Notes: generated by a model not told the origin, from the letters alone. A DNA stretch of 64,000 nt from Promethearchaeota archaeon (GCA_019058295.1 JAHPZI010000006.1:64001-128000); one strand, 5' to 3'; positions 38,705 through 49,276 are shown, numbered from the stretch's first letter. Numbers and translations are program-made.

Positions 38705-39376
38705 TTAGGGAAACATTTTAAAAAAATTTCTTAATCCAATAATCATAATCTTTACTTCCTCTTCAGAATAATTATTATAATTACCATGTGCTGCATCATT
38801 CCTTATGCCTAACCAAGCTGTCACTTGTTTCATCTGAGTTTTTGAGTAAACATTTTCCCCTTTCAAATCTGAATTCATCTGATCAGCTTTTTTAGGTTTT
38901 ACTCTCCCAGATGTCGTAATTTCTATATCAATGCCATTTTTTTCACATAGCTTTCTTAGATGTTCTTCTAAGGTACTTCCTGCTATAACAGCAGAAGCAT
39001 CTTTATATTTCTCATCTAAAAGATATTGTGCCATATCTAAATAATCAGAAAAAATATCTCCATGTATTAATTCTGATACTGTCTTAAGGTAATCTTGTTG
39101 CAAATCCTTATATAATGCAATTAAGGCTCCTTTAACAAATTTAAAGCGATTTACAATTAATTTATCACTTTCAAAATATTCTTCAATTCTTATATAATAT
39201 TCTGATTTTTTACCTGCAATCCTATCTATCACTGATAATGCTCTTGTAATACAAGTACTTAAAAATTCTCTACTTTTATTTACTGAACCAGCATATTGAC
39301 CATTCTTCACACTATTAATATCACTTAAAATTTCTTCAATTTGTTTAATAAAAACCTTATTTAATTCTTCTACTAT
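38705..39376 (-). CDS. HEPN/DUF4145-like protein
   Basis: ASAVIAGSTLEEHLRKL and RNDAAH (RxxxxH). The frame is open 22 codons upstream of the track's GTG (39310) to an ATA preceded by AGGTGA. Confidence 0.8.
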   Translation of the reverse strand: MVEELNKVFIKQIEEILSDINSVKNGQYAGSVNKSREFLSTCITRALSVIDRIAGKKSEYYIRIEEYFESDKLIVNRFKFVKGALIALYKDLQQDYLKTVSELIHGDIFSDYLDMAQYLLDEKYKDASAVIAGSTLEEHLRKLCEKNGIDIEITTSGRVKPKKADQMNSDLKGENVYSKTQMKQVTAWLGIRNDAAHGNYNNYSEEEVKIMIIGLRNFFKMFP

Positions 39377-39470
39377 TGGATATCACCTGAATTTTTATTA
39401 ATTAATATAAGCCATTCATATAATAAGTAATTTGATATGACAATTTATTATAAATAACAAAGAAAGAATT

Positions 39471-39593
39471 TTATAAGTTCCCACCCCCACTTACCCCCAT
39501 AATCACAACTAATTTATTTCTGGGAATAATTACATTAATATTCTTTAAATTGTTCTGCCTAGCCCCTTTAATTATAATGGGATTATCAGTCAT
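39471..39593 (-). pseudogene. uvrA: Truncated uvrA 5' fragment (40 codons)
   Basis: [40 protein letters not shown] versus intact [39 protein letters not shown]. Confidence 0.92.
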
Positions 39594-39660
39594 CTCTTAT
39601 CAATGATTATTGAATTAATCAAAAATGAAAAATTCTACGATTTTATTTTATAAGAATTCT

Positions 39661-41652
39661 TTAAATCTTTAATTTTAACTTAAGTTCTTTGATTCTATCC
39701 CTCAAATACGCAGCATCTTCAAATCTTAATTCTTTTGCTGCTAAAAACATTTTATTCTCAAGATATTGTATAATCATCTCATTATCACCTAATTCTTCCA
39801 TTTTATCCTCGATTGTTCTTTTCAACCTCTTGCTTTCTTTCTCCTTGAATTCTTTTTCTTCTGAAAGTGATTCTAAGATATTCTTTTTGACTGTTTGAGG
39901 TGTAATATTATTAACTTCATTATATGAGATTTGTTTAGCTCTCCTTCTGTTTGTCTCATCAATTGCAGCTTTCATCGCAGGAGATGTTTTATCAGCATAT
40001 AATATAGCCCTCCCGTTAATGTTTCTTGATGCCCTTCCTATAGTTTGGATTAATGAGCGAGTATCTCTCAAAAAGCCAAGTTTATCTGCATCGAGTATAG
40101 CCACTAATTGAACTTCTGGTAAATCAAGACCTTCACGTAGGAGATTTATACCTACAACGCTGTCGAAGGTTCCATCTCTTAGTTTTCTTAAAATTTCAAA
40201 CCTTTCTACAGTATCAACTTCGGAATGTAAGTATGCAATTTTAATTCCCAATTCTGCATAATATTCTGCAATATCTTCAGCCATTCTTTTAGTTAATGTA
40301 GTAATCAAAATCCTTCCTTTATTATTTATAACTTTGCGGAGTTCCCCTAGTAAATCATCTATTTGGTTTTCAGCTGACCTAACTTCAATCTGAGGATCGA
40401 CTAATCCAGTAGGGCGAATGATTTGTTCTGCCGAAATTCCACCACTTTTCTTTAATTCATAATCTCCTGGAGTAGCACTCATAAAAATAATATATTTAAT
40501 TTTGCTTTCCCATTCTTCAAAAGTTAATGGTCTATTATCGTAAGCGCTTGGAAGCCGCCACCCATATTCTATCAGATTTTTCTTACGTGCTTTGTCACCG
40601 CCTATCATACCACGGATTTGCGGAACCGTAACGTGAGATTCGTCTACTACAATCAAAAAATCTTGTGGGAAATAGTCAATCAAATTCATTGGGGGTTTTC
40701 CTGGAGGTCGCCCATCCAAATGTCTTGAATAATTTTCAATTCCCTTACAATAGCCCATCTCTCTCATCATTTCTAAATCAAATTTTACTCTCCTTTCAAT
40801 ACGTTGAGCTTCTGCGTACTTTTTTTCATTTTTAAAGAATGCAATCTGTTTCTTTAATTCCATTTTTATGGATTCTAATGCTTTTATTTTATTTTCTTCT
40901 GGAATAATAAAATGGGTAGCTGGAAAAATTCGACAATTGGGTAATTCTTTAAGAACTTGATTAGAAAGCGGATGGATTTCTTGAATTGATTCAATCTCGT
41001 CTCCAAATAACGATATTCTTATAGCTGTATCTAAGTATGCTGGAAAAATATCAACAATATCTCCTTTCACTCTAACAACGCCCCTTTTAAATTCAATGTT
41101 TTTTCGTTCGTAATTCATTTTGATTACGCGTTTCAATATATCAGATCTTTTAATAGTTTGTCCTACTTCTAAATCCAATGAAACAGCAACCCATTCATCA
41201 GGATTTCCAATTCCATAAATGCATGAAACGCTAGCGACTATTATTACGTCCTCTCTAGTTTTTATCGCATGGGTAGACGCCAATCTTAATTTTTCAATTT
41301 CCTCGTTTACGCTAAAATCTTTTTCAATATACAAACCAGTAATCGGCATATAAGCTTCAGGTTGATAATAATCATAATATGAGACGAAATAATGAACTGC
41401 ATTATGAGGAAAGAGTTCTTTAAGTTCATTATATAATTGTGCCGCTAAAGTTTTATTTGGAGCCATTACTAATGTAGGTTTCTGGACTTCTTGAATTATA
41501 TTAGCAATTGTAAAAGTCTTTCCTGTTCCGGTCGCACCTAATAATGTTTGAAAGCTTTTACCATTTTTAATATTTTTAACAAGATTTTTAATTGCTTGAG
41601 GTTGATCTCCTCGTGCCGTAAATTCAGACTCTATTTTGAATTTTTTACTCAT
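39661..41652 (-). CDS. uvrB: Excinuclease ABC subunit B
   Basis: GDQPQAI, GATGTGKT, FVSYYDYYQPEAY, DESH, INLLREGLDLPEV, C-terminal UVR domain. Confidence 0.98.
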   Translation of the reverse strand: MSKKFKIESEFTARGDQPQAIKNLVKNIKNGKSFQTLLGATGTGKTFTIANIIQEVQKPTLVMAPNKTLAAQLYNELKELFPHNAVHYFVSYYDYYQPEAYMPITGLYIEKDFSVNEEIEKLRLASTHAIKTREDVIIVASVSCIYGIGNPDEWVAVSLDLEVGQTIKRSDILKRVIKMNYERKNIEFKRGVVRVKGDIVDIFPAYLDTAIRISLFGDEIESIQEIHPLSNQVLKELPNCRIFPATHFIIPEENKIKALESIKMELKKQIAFFKNEKKYAEAQRIERRVKFDLEMMREMGYCKGIENYSRHLDGRPPGKPPMNLIDYFPQDFLIVVDESHVTVPQIRGMIGGDKARKKNLIEYGWRLPSAYDNRPLTFEEWESKIKYIIFMSATPGDYELKKSGGISAEQIIRPTGLVDPQIEVRSAENQIDDLLGELRKVINNKGRILITTLTKRMAEDIAEYYAELGIKIAYLHSEVDTVERFEILRKLRDGTFDSVVGINLLREGLDLPEVQLVAILDADKLGFLRDTRSLIQTIGRASRNINGRAILYADKTSPAMKAAIDETNRRRAKQISYNEVNNITPQTVKKNILESLSEEKEFKEKESKRLKRTIEDKMEELGDNEMIIQYLENKMFLAAKELRFEDAAYLRDRIKELKLKLKI

Positions 41653-41778
41653 ATGAATTAAATATTGTTTTAATGAAAAATTTAAGATTTAAATATATAT
41701 AAACGATTAGACTAAACTATTTTAATGAATAATGGCTTAAGATTTTTATGATGTTAAGTAAAAATTAATGTCTATAAT

Positions 41779-44700
41779 TTAATCTATATCTAAAATTTTT
41801 ATATCTTCGGCGCCTTCTTTCGTGCGAACTAAAACTTCTAATTCATGACTTGTAGTAAGTGTTGGAATTCCTAATTCAATTGATAATGTGTTATTAACAT
41901 ATGACATAGCAATCGTTAATGTAACTGAATCTAAGGGTTCTAGATCTAATGATTCTCCTACTCCTAAGCTGAAATCGTTGGGGTTGAAATAGGTGCCATT
42001 AATGTAAATTGAATCTACATTGAGATCTCGAGTGCCACCATTAGTGTTTGTTATTACCAAATCACCAGAGCCACTAAGATCTGCATCCGGTTCAGTTGAA
42101 CTTATTGTAATATTATAAAGATTACTATCAACTATTGCATTAAATGTATGAATTGTTGTTGCGGTAGTATTGGTTGTAATATTTACTCTAACTTCATTTG
42201 ATTTATTTATTTTTAAAGTATCAATATCAAAAGAGATTAATGCGCATTCTTGTACTTCTAAGGTGGCATCTCCATAGAGAAAGTTTACGTCATTAGCAAC
42301 TGAGATAGGTGTTGTATCATTAAGAGTCACATTAATTAAAGTGATAGGCTCATCTCCAGTATTTTTTATTAATATTCTTCCTGTTTCATTAGCAGCAATA
42401 TACGATGTTGTTAAACCATCAATTTTATCGATAATTGATATATTAGCCTCGTTCTTAATTGCATGAAATACACCGATATCTGAAGCTACTGGGTTATCTA
42501 ATTCATATCCTTTAGCCGCAATAGCAATAATTAATTCTTCATTTAAATTTATATCAGGTAATATTGATTGGATGTCTGAAGGTTCTATTACAATTGTGTT
42601 TTCATCGTTTGGGTTCAATATTAAATTGTGATTAATAGTATCAATATTTTCAGGATCAAGAGCATTTGCAATTGTTAAATCAAAAGTATTTCCATTCCTA
42701 ACAGAATCCGCTTTAGCAACATAAACTGAATCTAATCCCAAAACTTTACTTCCGCTATTTTTTACACGAATTTTAATGTTTCCATCAGTGTAGGCATAAG
42801 TATCTATGTTATTATAATCAATTGGTATGTGATATTTATAAGTATTTTTACTGTTTACTGCTAAAAGTTCAGGTGAAAGAGTTCTCTCATCATTAAGGAT
42901 CGAAAGTTGGTAGTTTTTAGTATTATATGACAACAGGGTTTCATCTTTTGCACCTTGTGAAGTATTTACTCCAACTAAATTACCTGTTATACCTGAAAGA
43001 AGAGGGTTAAATTCACCGGTAACATTTTCTATATAGGCTTTCGCTTTTTCTCCTGGCCTTAATACTGAGGATCCACTTATATAGCTTGTAGCATCATATG
43101 CATTTTGTTCACTATTAATATAAAATTTATTTAAATTAACAGGAGAAGTTCCAACATTTTCCACTTCAAGAAAAACATCAGCCAATTCGCCTTTTTGCTC
43201 AATCTTACTATTCTCTCGATTAATTTTTATTTCTCCTGGTTCAGCTTCAGAAACAAAGAAATTATCTGTGCTTTCATCAAAATTATATTTAGTTCCCTCT
43301 AACGCATCTGCTTCAGCTGAAACAGTTATATTCACTACATCATCCTCTTTATAAGGAATGTTCAAATCAACCCAAACTATATCTTCCTCATTTATATTCA
43401 ATATTTTATCATAATTTGATCGACCCATTGTAAAATTGTATTCTATATTGTTAATTTTTACATTTTTAATTGTTAAATCTCTCGTTCCTGTGTTTTTTAA
43501 ACTAAATGTAGAGCTCCCGATATCAAATACTTTAGGATCAATTATTGAAAAGCTAGAATCCAAGGCAGTATAGTCGACTTGAAATAATTTTACCATACCA
43601 TTTTGAGAGAAATATGCTGGTTTAAATACTTTAAAGTCATACTCCCCATTAGTAGGTATGTGATCTGCCCATTCATTTCCATTATCGTCTTCTCTCGCTT
43701 TAATATTGTACGATGGATTTCCGCCAATCTGAGAAGCGTAATACCATTTTAAATAGTCTGTATTAGGATTAACATTTGAAGGATTTGTAGGTTCCCCATA
43801 AAACATTAACTTAACTAATTGACTTTGAAACCAAGAATCTTCATATTTACCACTTGTTTCATTGATATAATCACTCTCAAGAAAAACGCTATCTTCAGCC
43901 CAATTATCTTCTTCCAATCCCTTTTTTTCATATTTTGCATAATTGTCGTTACAAATTCTCAACATCCATGGCCATTTACCCTCATCGCCTCCCATTCCAC
44001 TAATTAAAAATCCAAAATACACTAAGACATAATCCGCTTCTAATTCCCTAAGTATTTTAGCACTATATATTTCATTCGTTTGCATAAATGCCATTCCTGT
44101 CATTCCTATTCTAGAACCATCATGTGTATTGTTATCATTAACCGTAGTTACATTTCCAACGGGAGTGAGCCAATAACCATAATCCCACCAACTTACAACA
44201 ACATCGGTCCCAGCTAAATTATTTTTCATCCAAGTCAATGCATCTTCCCAATCATGAAATTGTCCTCCAGCTACCATTTGGCTATAAGATAATTGATTAA
44301 TAGAAATATCAGTTGCATGATAAACTTGAGCTATGCATAATATTCCAACCAAAGCATAGACCGCAAAAACTTCCGACCTCCCTACAGGTTTTCTTATTTG
44401 TCTTCTCCGTTTCCTGCTCACGCTAAGCTTTCTTTCTCCAACAAAACCCCCATAGATTTTCAAAACGTTTACTAACCCATAAGCACCCATTAATGATGCC
44501 GCAGGTGCAAATAATAAAATTATTCGAATCATACTTCCTGTAAAATAAAATAATGTCAATAAAAATATCATTAAAAATACATCCGCAAAATTTAACCTCT
44601 TAAAACAAAAAAATATTCCAAGAGGTAAAAGGAGCATTGGAATTAAAGTGTTATAATAAAAAATGGACCAAGCACTAGGCATATGTTCTGCAACTGAAGC

Positions 44701-45777
44701 TACAAGATGCATTTGATCACGTAATAAAGGACTAAGAACACTATTTAATCTGCTTCCAATGCCCAAAGGTACTAATTTTGGGTTAACCCATATGATTACT
44801 GCAATAATAATTATGAGAGGAATTGCTAACCATTTTATTGAATTTAATAAAATATTATAAAATCTAGGATAATTATTCCTTTTTGAGTGAATCATATGAA
44901 ATAGGATCAAAATTAAGGTAAAAAAAAATACCCCTGCAAAGGATAAATTAGTAAAAAAATCGCTAGGTTCAAAAGCAAGAAATAACGAATGTATCATAAA
45001 TCCCGTCCCTATGGTTCCACTATAAGCAATTAATATATTCTCATCATATTTATTTAATAAAATCATAATAGTACATACAAGTGGTATAATAAAGAAAACA
45101 AATTGATAACCGCCCCAACTTAAGGATAAATAGCCTAAGAAAAAACCTCCCATTATCGAATGCGTAAATTTGCCCGTTTTAACTGCTTTTAAGAAAAATA
45201 AAAATGTCATGAGGGTCGCAAACACACCTATGGTTTCATTATCGAAAAAACCAGCCATTGTACGCTGCATATGTCCAGTATTGAATGCTAAGAAAAAAGC
45301 CGCAAATAACCCACATTCCCGATTGTAAACCTCTTTTCCAAGAAAATACATAGCCAATACAGTAAGTCCACCCATAATAGCTGGAAGATAATAACAAACT
45401 TCATATATAGAAACTGGGATTCCAATAAAATTCAAAATCATCCATACAGCAACTGCCGTAAAGGGTAAGCCAGGTCTTGTCCTTGCTCGTGGAATACCCT
45501 CAGGATACCAACTCTTTTTATCTACCCAATGAAAGTACTCATAAAGAGAGTGCTCGCTGATATATTTAGCATTATAATATTGTATCCATGGATCAAATGC
45601 TTTAATTAAAGTTTGTCCTCTAAGAACGGGCGTTAGCCTTATCATTATCGCTAGAATTACGATTAATGTAATCGCTAAAAAAAAGACAATATTTTGCTTT
45701 TTTGCCCCCACAACTGAGCTGCGGATCCGGTCTTTAAAACCACTTAGGGAGTTGCCAATCCTACGTAAAACAGGCAT
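41779..45777 (-). CDS. aglB: Oligosaccharyltransferase AglB/STT3 with long C-terminal Ig-like extension
   Basis: AFDPW, GFFDNE, SVAEH, SWWDYG, DNNT motifs; TM N-terminal half. Confidence 0.93.
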   Translation of the reverse strand: MPVLRRIGNSLSGFKDRIRSSVVGAKKQNIVFFLAITLIVILAIMIRLTPVLRGQTLIKAFDPWIQYYNAKYISEHSLYEYFHWVDKKSWYPEGIPRARTRPGLPFTAVAVWMILNFIGIPVSIYEVCYYLPAIMGGLTVLAMYFLGKEVYNRECGLFAAFFLAFNTGHMQRTMAGFFDNETIGVFATLMTFLFFLKAVKTGKFTHSIMGGFFLGYLSLSWGGYQFVFFIIPLVCTIMILLNKYDENILIAYSGTIGTGFMIHSLFLAFEPSDFFTNLSFAGVFFFTLILILFHMIHSKRNNYPRFYNILLNSIKWLAIPLIIIIAVIIWVNPKLVPLGIGSRLNSVLSPLLRDQMHLVASVAEHMPSAWSIFYYNTLIPMLLLPLGIFFCFKRLNFADVFLMIFLLTLFYFTGSMIRIILLFAPAASLMGAYGLVNVLKIYGGFVGERKLSVSRKRRRQIRKPVGRSEVFAVYALVGILCIAQVYHATDISINQLSYSQMVAGGQFHDWEDALTWMKNNLAGTDVVVSWWDYGYWLTPVGNVTTVNDNNTHDGSRIGMTGMAFMQTNEIYSAKILRELEADYVLVYFGFLISGMGGDEGKWPWMLRICNDNYAKYEKKGLEEDNWAEDSVFLESDYINETSGKYEDSWFQSQLVKLMFYGEPTNPSNVNPNTDYLKWYYASQIGGNPSYNIKAREDDNGNEWADHIPTNGEYDFKVFKPAYFSQNGMVKLFQVDYTALDSSFSIIDPKVFDIGSSTFSLKNTGTRDLTIKNVKINNIEYNFTMGRSNYDKILNINEEDIVWVDLNIPYKEDDVVNITVSAEADALEGTKYNFDESTDNFFVSEAEPGEIKINRENSKIEQKGELADVFLEVENVGTSPVNLNKFYINSEQNAYDATSYISGSSVLRPGEKAKAYIENVTGEFNPLLSGITGNLVGVNTSQGAKDETLLSYNTKNYQLSILNDERTLSPELLAVNSKNTYKYHIPIDYNNIDTYAYTDGNIKIRVKNSGSKVLGLDSVYVAKADSVRNGNTFDLTIANALDPENIDTINHNLILNPNDENTIVIEPSDIQSILPDINLNEELIIAIAAKGYELDNPVASDIGVFHAIKNEANISIIDKIDGLTTSYIAANETGRILIKNTGDEPITLINVTLNDTTPISVANDVNFLYGDATLEVQECALISFDIDTLKINKSNEVRVNITTNTTATTIHTFNAIVDSNLYNITISSTEPDADLSGSGDLVITNTNGGTRDLNVDSIYINGTYFNPNDFSLGVGESLDLEPLDSVTLTIAMSYVNNTLSIELGIPTLTTSHELEVLVRTKEGAEDIKILDID

Positions 45778-46054
45778 CCATGATCTAAATCTTATTTACT
45801 ATGAAAATCTAATAAAATCTATTTAGATTATAAAAAATACTAAATCTTATAAAATTTTTTATTATAGGTGTGTAAATATATGGAAATACGCATTTAATTG
45901 TATAAATAAATTTAAATTTATCTGCGTTGAAATGATAACGAGAGATAATAATATTGATAATTTTTTGAATATTATATTTCATGTTATAATATTTTATTAT
46001 CATGTTTCTTTACTATTTAGAATTGAAATATATAATATATTGATAGGAATTTAG

Positions 46055-46900
46055 ATGGAAAGCAGAAGGTATCTCTTAAAATTTTATTATATAGGAAGAA
46101 AAAAGTTTCATGGTTCACAAAGGCAAAAAAGTTTTTTAACTATTGAAGAATGTTTAATTAACGCTTTAAATGAAAAGAATTACATAAAAGATGCTGAAAG
46201 TTCTGGATTTGAAGTAGCAAGTAGAACAGATCGATTTGTTTCTGCCCGAGCCGCTGTATTTTCGTTCATTACTACAAAAAAACCCATTTTGATGGAAATA
46301 AATTCAGAATTGCCTGAAGAAATAGGGCTTTGGGCTTATACAGAAGTATCTATTGATTTTTTATCTAGATTTAATGCATTATATCGCCATTACAAATATA
46401 TAGTTCCTGAATCTCTTAGTTTTCTTCAAAAAAATAGCAAATTTAACTTTAATATTATTAAAAAAGCTTGTACGGAATTGGAAGGTAAACATAACTTTAT
46501 AAATTTCTCTAAACCAGGGAAAGTGGAGGAAAAAACAGTAAGAGATATGGATTCAGTCAAGATTTCTATTAATAACGACTTTTTAATCTTTGATTTTAAA
46601 AGTAGGGCTTTTTTGAGACAACAAATTCGAAGAATGGTTAAAAAAATTTTAGAATTAGGGACAGGTGAAATAGAATATGATGATTTTCTAAAATTATTCG
46701 ATGTAACAAAACAATTTTTTTATCAGCCAGCCGATCCTTCAGGTTTAATTTTATGGGATATCAAATTTGATGATAATATTAAATTTGAAGTAGATATAAA
46801 ATCTAAAAAAAGAATGGAAACCTATTTTCTAAATCAAGAATTAAAATTCTGCTTAAAAAAGCAATTATTCAGAATTTTGCAGCAAGACGATTTTAGCTAA
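46055..46900 (+). CDS. truA: tRNA pseudouridine synthase A
   Basis: FHGSQRQ, ASRTDRFVSA, RHYKY, GKHNF.NF, FLRQQIRRMV. Confidence 0.92.
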   Translation: MESRRYLLKFYYIGRKKFHGSQRQKSFLTIEECLINALNEKNYIKDAESSGFEVASRTDRFVSARAAVFSFITTKKPILMEINSELPEEIGLWAYTEVSIDFLSRFNALYRHYKYIVPESLSFLQKNSKFNFNIIKKACTELEGKHNFINFSKPGKVEEKTVRDMDSVKISINNDFLIFDFKSRAFLRQQIRRMVKKILELGTGEIEYDDFLKLFDVTKQFFYQPADPSGLILWDIKFDDNIKFEVDIKSKKRMETYFLNQELKFCLKKQLFRILQQDDFS

Positions 46901-47836
46901 TAAAGATTGCAATTGAATTTCTTCTGTTCCTCCTTGACTTAAACGGTATTCAAATTCTGCAAGTAATTTTGAGAGCTCGATTTTTAAATTTTCGGATATA
47001 TTTAAATCATAAATCTCTCTGTGTATATCTCTAATGATATTTCTACCTGAGATGCCATAATCTTTAATTAATTCATTCAATAGTTTAATCGATAATTGTA
47101 ATTGTCCTTCTAGAGCATTCTGAAGGATAATTTTAATTTTATCTGGTGGCACTTCACCAGCTACTCTAAATACTATCTCTTGGTCTATTTTTTTTGATAT
47201 TGTTCCACATGATTGTAAATAATTTATAGCTCTTCGACAATCTCCGCGTGAAACATCTACTAAGGCATTTAAACCATTTGCAGCTAAATTTAGCTCCTCT
47301 TTAGAAGCAATTAGTTTAATTCTGTTTTTAATATCATCTTTATTTAAAGGAGAAAACCTAAACACAACGCATCTTGATTGAATCGGCGGGATTATTTTAT
47401 TTGAATAATTACATATTAAAATCATTCTACAGTTTTTTGTATATTTTTCCATTGTTCTTCTTAATGCTTGTTGAGCTGGAGCAGTCATATTATCTGCTTC
47501 ATCAAGAATTAATATTTTAAAGGGAACATCAATTGGTGGTATTGCTTTAGCAAAATCTTTAATATATGTTCTAATCACATCGATACCTCGGGCATCACTA
47601 GCATTCAATTCTAAATAAGTATTGTTTAACGACATTTTCTTGCCGTATAAATCTCTTACCATTGCTAAAGCAGAAGTTGTTTTTCCTGTTCCTGCTGGAC
47701 CAGCAAAGATTAAATGAGGCATAGATTCATCTATAATAAATTGTTTTAAACGTTTTATAATGGCATTTTGGTTAACAACATCGTTTAAAGAACGCGGACG
47801 ATACTTTTCGACCCAAGGACGATTTTCTACTGACAT
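46865..47836 (-). CDS. rfcS: Replication factor C small subunit
   Basis: PWVEKYRP, GPAGTGKT, ELNASDARGID, LDEAD, IQSRC. Confidence 0.97.
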   Translation of the reverse strand: MSVENRPWVEKYRPRSLNDVVNQNAIIKRLKQFIIDESMPHLIFAGPAGTGKTTSALAMVRDLYGKKMSLNNTYLELNASDARGIDVIRTYIKDFAKAIPPIDVPFKILILDEADNMTAPAQQALRRTMEKYTKNCRMILICNYSNKIIPPIQSRCVVFRFSPLNKDDIKNRIKLIASKEELNLAANGLNALVDVSRGDCRRAINYLQSCGTISKKIDQEIVFRVAGEVPPDKIKIILQNALEGQLQLSIKLLNELIKDYGISGRNIIRDIHREIYDLNISENLKIELSKLLAEFEYRLSQGGTEEIQLQSLLAKIVLLQNSE

Positions 47837-47943
47837 TACAACTCTTAAAAATATATACTAATATAATAGAAGAAAATATTAAGATTAAATTTTCTTAATT
47901 CTTAATTAATAAATATTATTAAAAAAAAAGAGAGTAAATATTT

Positions 47944-49251
47944 ATGGTTGATTTTAAAATAAAAAAAATTAAATCTAGGTGGATTTTAGATTCTCGTGGA
48001 AATCCCACCGTAGAAACTGAAGTATACGCTGAAGATGATTTTGGAAGAGCTGCAGTACCTTCAGGAGCTTCGACAGGAGTTTTAGAAGCACTTGAATTAA
48101 GAGATGGGGGAAAAGCTTTTCTAGGAAAACATGTTACCAAGGCTGTTTCTAATGTAAACAACATAATAGCAAACAAATTAGTAGGATTTGATGTCAGGGA
48201 TCAGAAAAAAATTGACGAGGAATTGATAGCTATTGATGGAACTGAAAATAAAAGTAAATTGGGTGCTAATGCGATATTATCAGTTTCTTTAGCAGTTGCG
48301 AAAATAGCAGCAAAATTATCCGATAAACCTTTATTTGCACATTTGTATGAATTAAGCTATGGTAAAAATAGAGAAGATTATCTTCTGCCTCTGCCGTGTT
48401 CTAATGTCTTAAATGGAGGCGAACACGCAGGAAATAATTTAGCAATCCAAGAATTTATGATATTACCGATCGGAGCGAAATCGTTTTCTGGGGCGATACA
48501 AAATGTTGCTGAAGTTTATCAAACGCTTAAAGCCCTTTTATCTAAGAAATATGGTAGACCATCTGTTAATGTTGGCGACGAAGGAGGATTTGCCCCAAAT
48601 TTATCTTTAACTAGAGATGCTATTGATATAATCATTGATGGAATCGAAGAGGCAGGATTTATGATGGGAACCGATTTTGTATTAGGAATAGATGCTGCTG
48701 CTAGTGAATTTTATGAAGATGATGAATATTATAATATTGATGGAAAAAAATTAACAGAAGAAGAGTTATTACAATATTATTTGGATTTAACTCACGATTA
48801 CCCTTTAAACTCAATTGAAGACCCATTTGACGAAAAAGCATTTAGTGGTTTTACACACTTAACTGCTAAAGTTGGAAAATCAATCCAAATTGTAGATGAC
48901 GACATTACTGTTACTAATATTAAAATTCTCGAAAGGGCAATTACTGAAAAAGCAGGAAATGCATTGCTACTTAAAGTTAACCAAATTGGAAGTTTAACTG
49001 AAGCAATTAAAGCTGCTAAAATGTCTTTTGAGCATGGATTTAATGTAATGGTATCTCATCGTTCTGGTGAAACTGAAGATACTTTTATTGCTGATTTGGC
49101 TGTTGGGCTCTGCACAGGTCAATTAAAGACTGGAGCCCCTTGCAGAAGCGATAGAAATTGTAAATTTAATCAGCTTCTTAGAATTGAAGAGATTTTAGGA
49201 GAAAACGCAAAGTATCCTAAGAATTTCGGTTCTTGGAAGAATTTTCAGTAA
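47944..49251 (+). CDS. eno: Enolase
   Basis: DSRGNPTVE, VPSGASTG, GDEGGFAP, LLKVNQIG, SHRSGETED. Confidence 0.98.
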   Translation: MVDFKIKKIKSRWILDSRGNPTVETEVYAEDDFGRAAVPSGASTGVLEALELRDGGKAFLGKHVTKAVSNVNNIIANKLVGFDVRDQKKIDEELIAIDGTENKSKLGANAILSVSLAVAKIAAKLSDKPLFAHLYELSYGKNREDYLLPLPCSNVLNGGEHAGNNLAIQEFMILPIGAKSFSGAIQNVAEVYQTLKALLSKKYGRPSVNVGDEGGFAPNLSLTRDAIDIIIDGIEEAGFMMGTDFVLGIDAAASEFYEDDEYYNIDGKKLTEEELLQYYLDLTHDYPLNSIEDPFDEKAFSGFTHLTAKVGKSIQIVDDDITVTNIKILERAITEKAGNALLLKVNQIGSLTEAIKAAKMSFEHGFNVMVSHRSGETEDTFIADLAVGLCTGQLKTGAPCRSDRNCKFNQLLRIEEILGENAKYPKNFGSWKNFQ

Positions 49252-49276
49252 ATTCTAATATCATTTACTTCCCATC

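Larger units (their letters stand above)
33540..39593. mobile_element. Accessory (defence-like) island bracketed by duplicated uvrA 5' ends
   Basis: uvrA N-terminal fragment at 39471..39593 and intact uvrA start at 33653 flank unrelated cargo genes; no integrase in the island. Confidence 0.6.

Noticed and set aside
39480-39500. C-rich direct repeat cacccccacttacccccat, resembling an integrase arm site or G-quadruplex
   Set aside because: It is the Gly-rich Walker A codons (MGVSGGG) of the uvrA remnant on the minus strand.
45809-46003. 64-aa ORF between aglB and truA
   Set aside because: Ile/Asn/Tyr/Lys-rich translation of AT-rich divergent promoter DNA.
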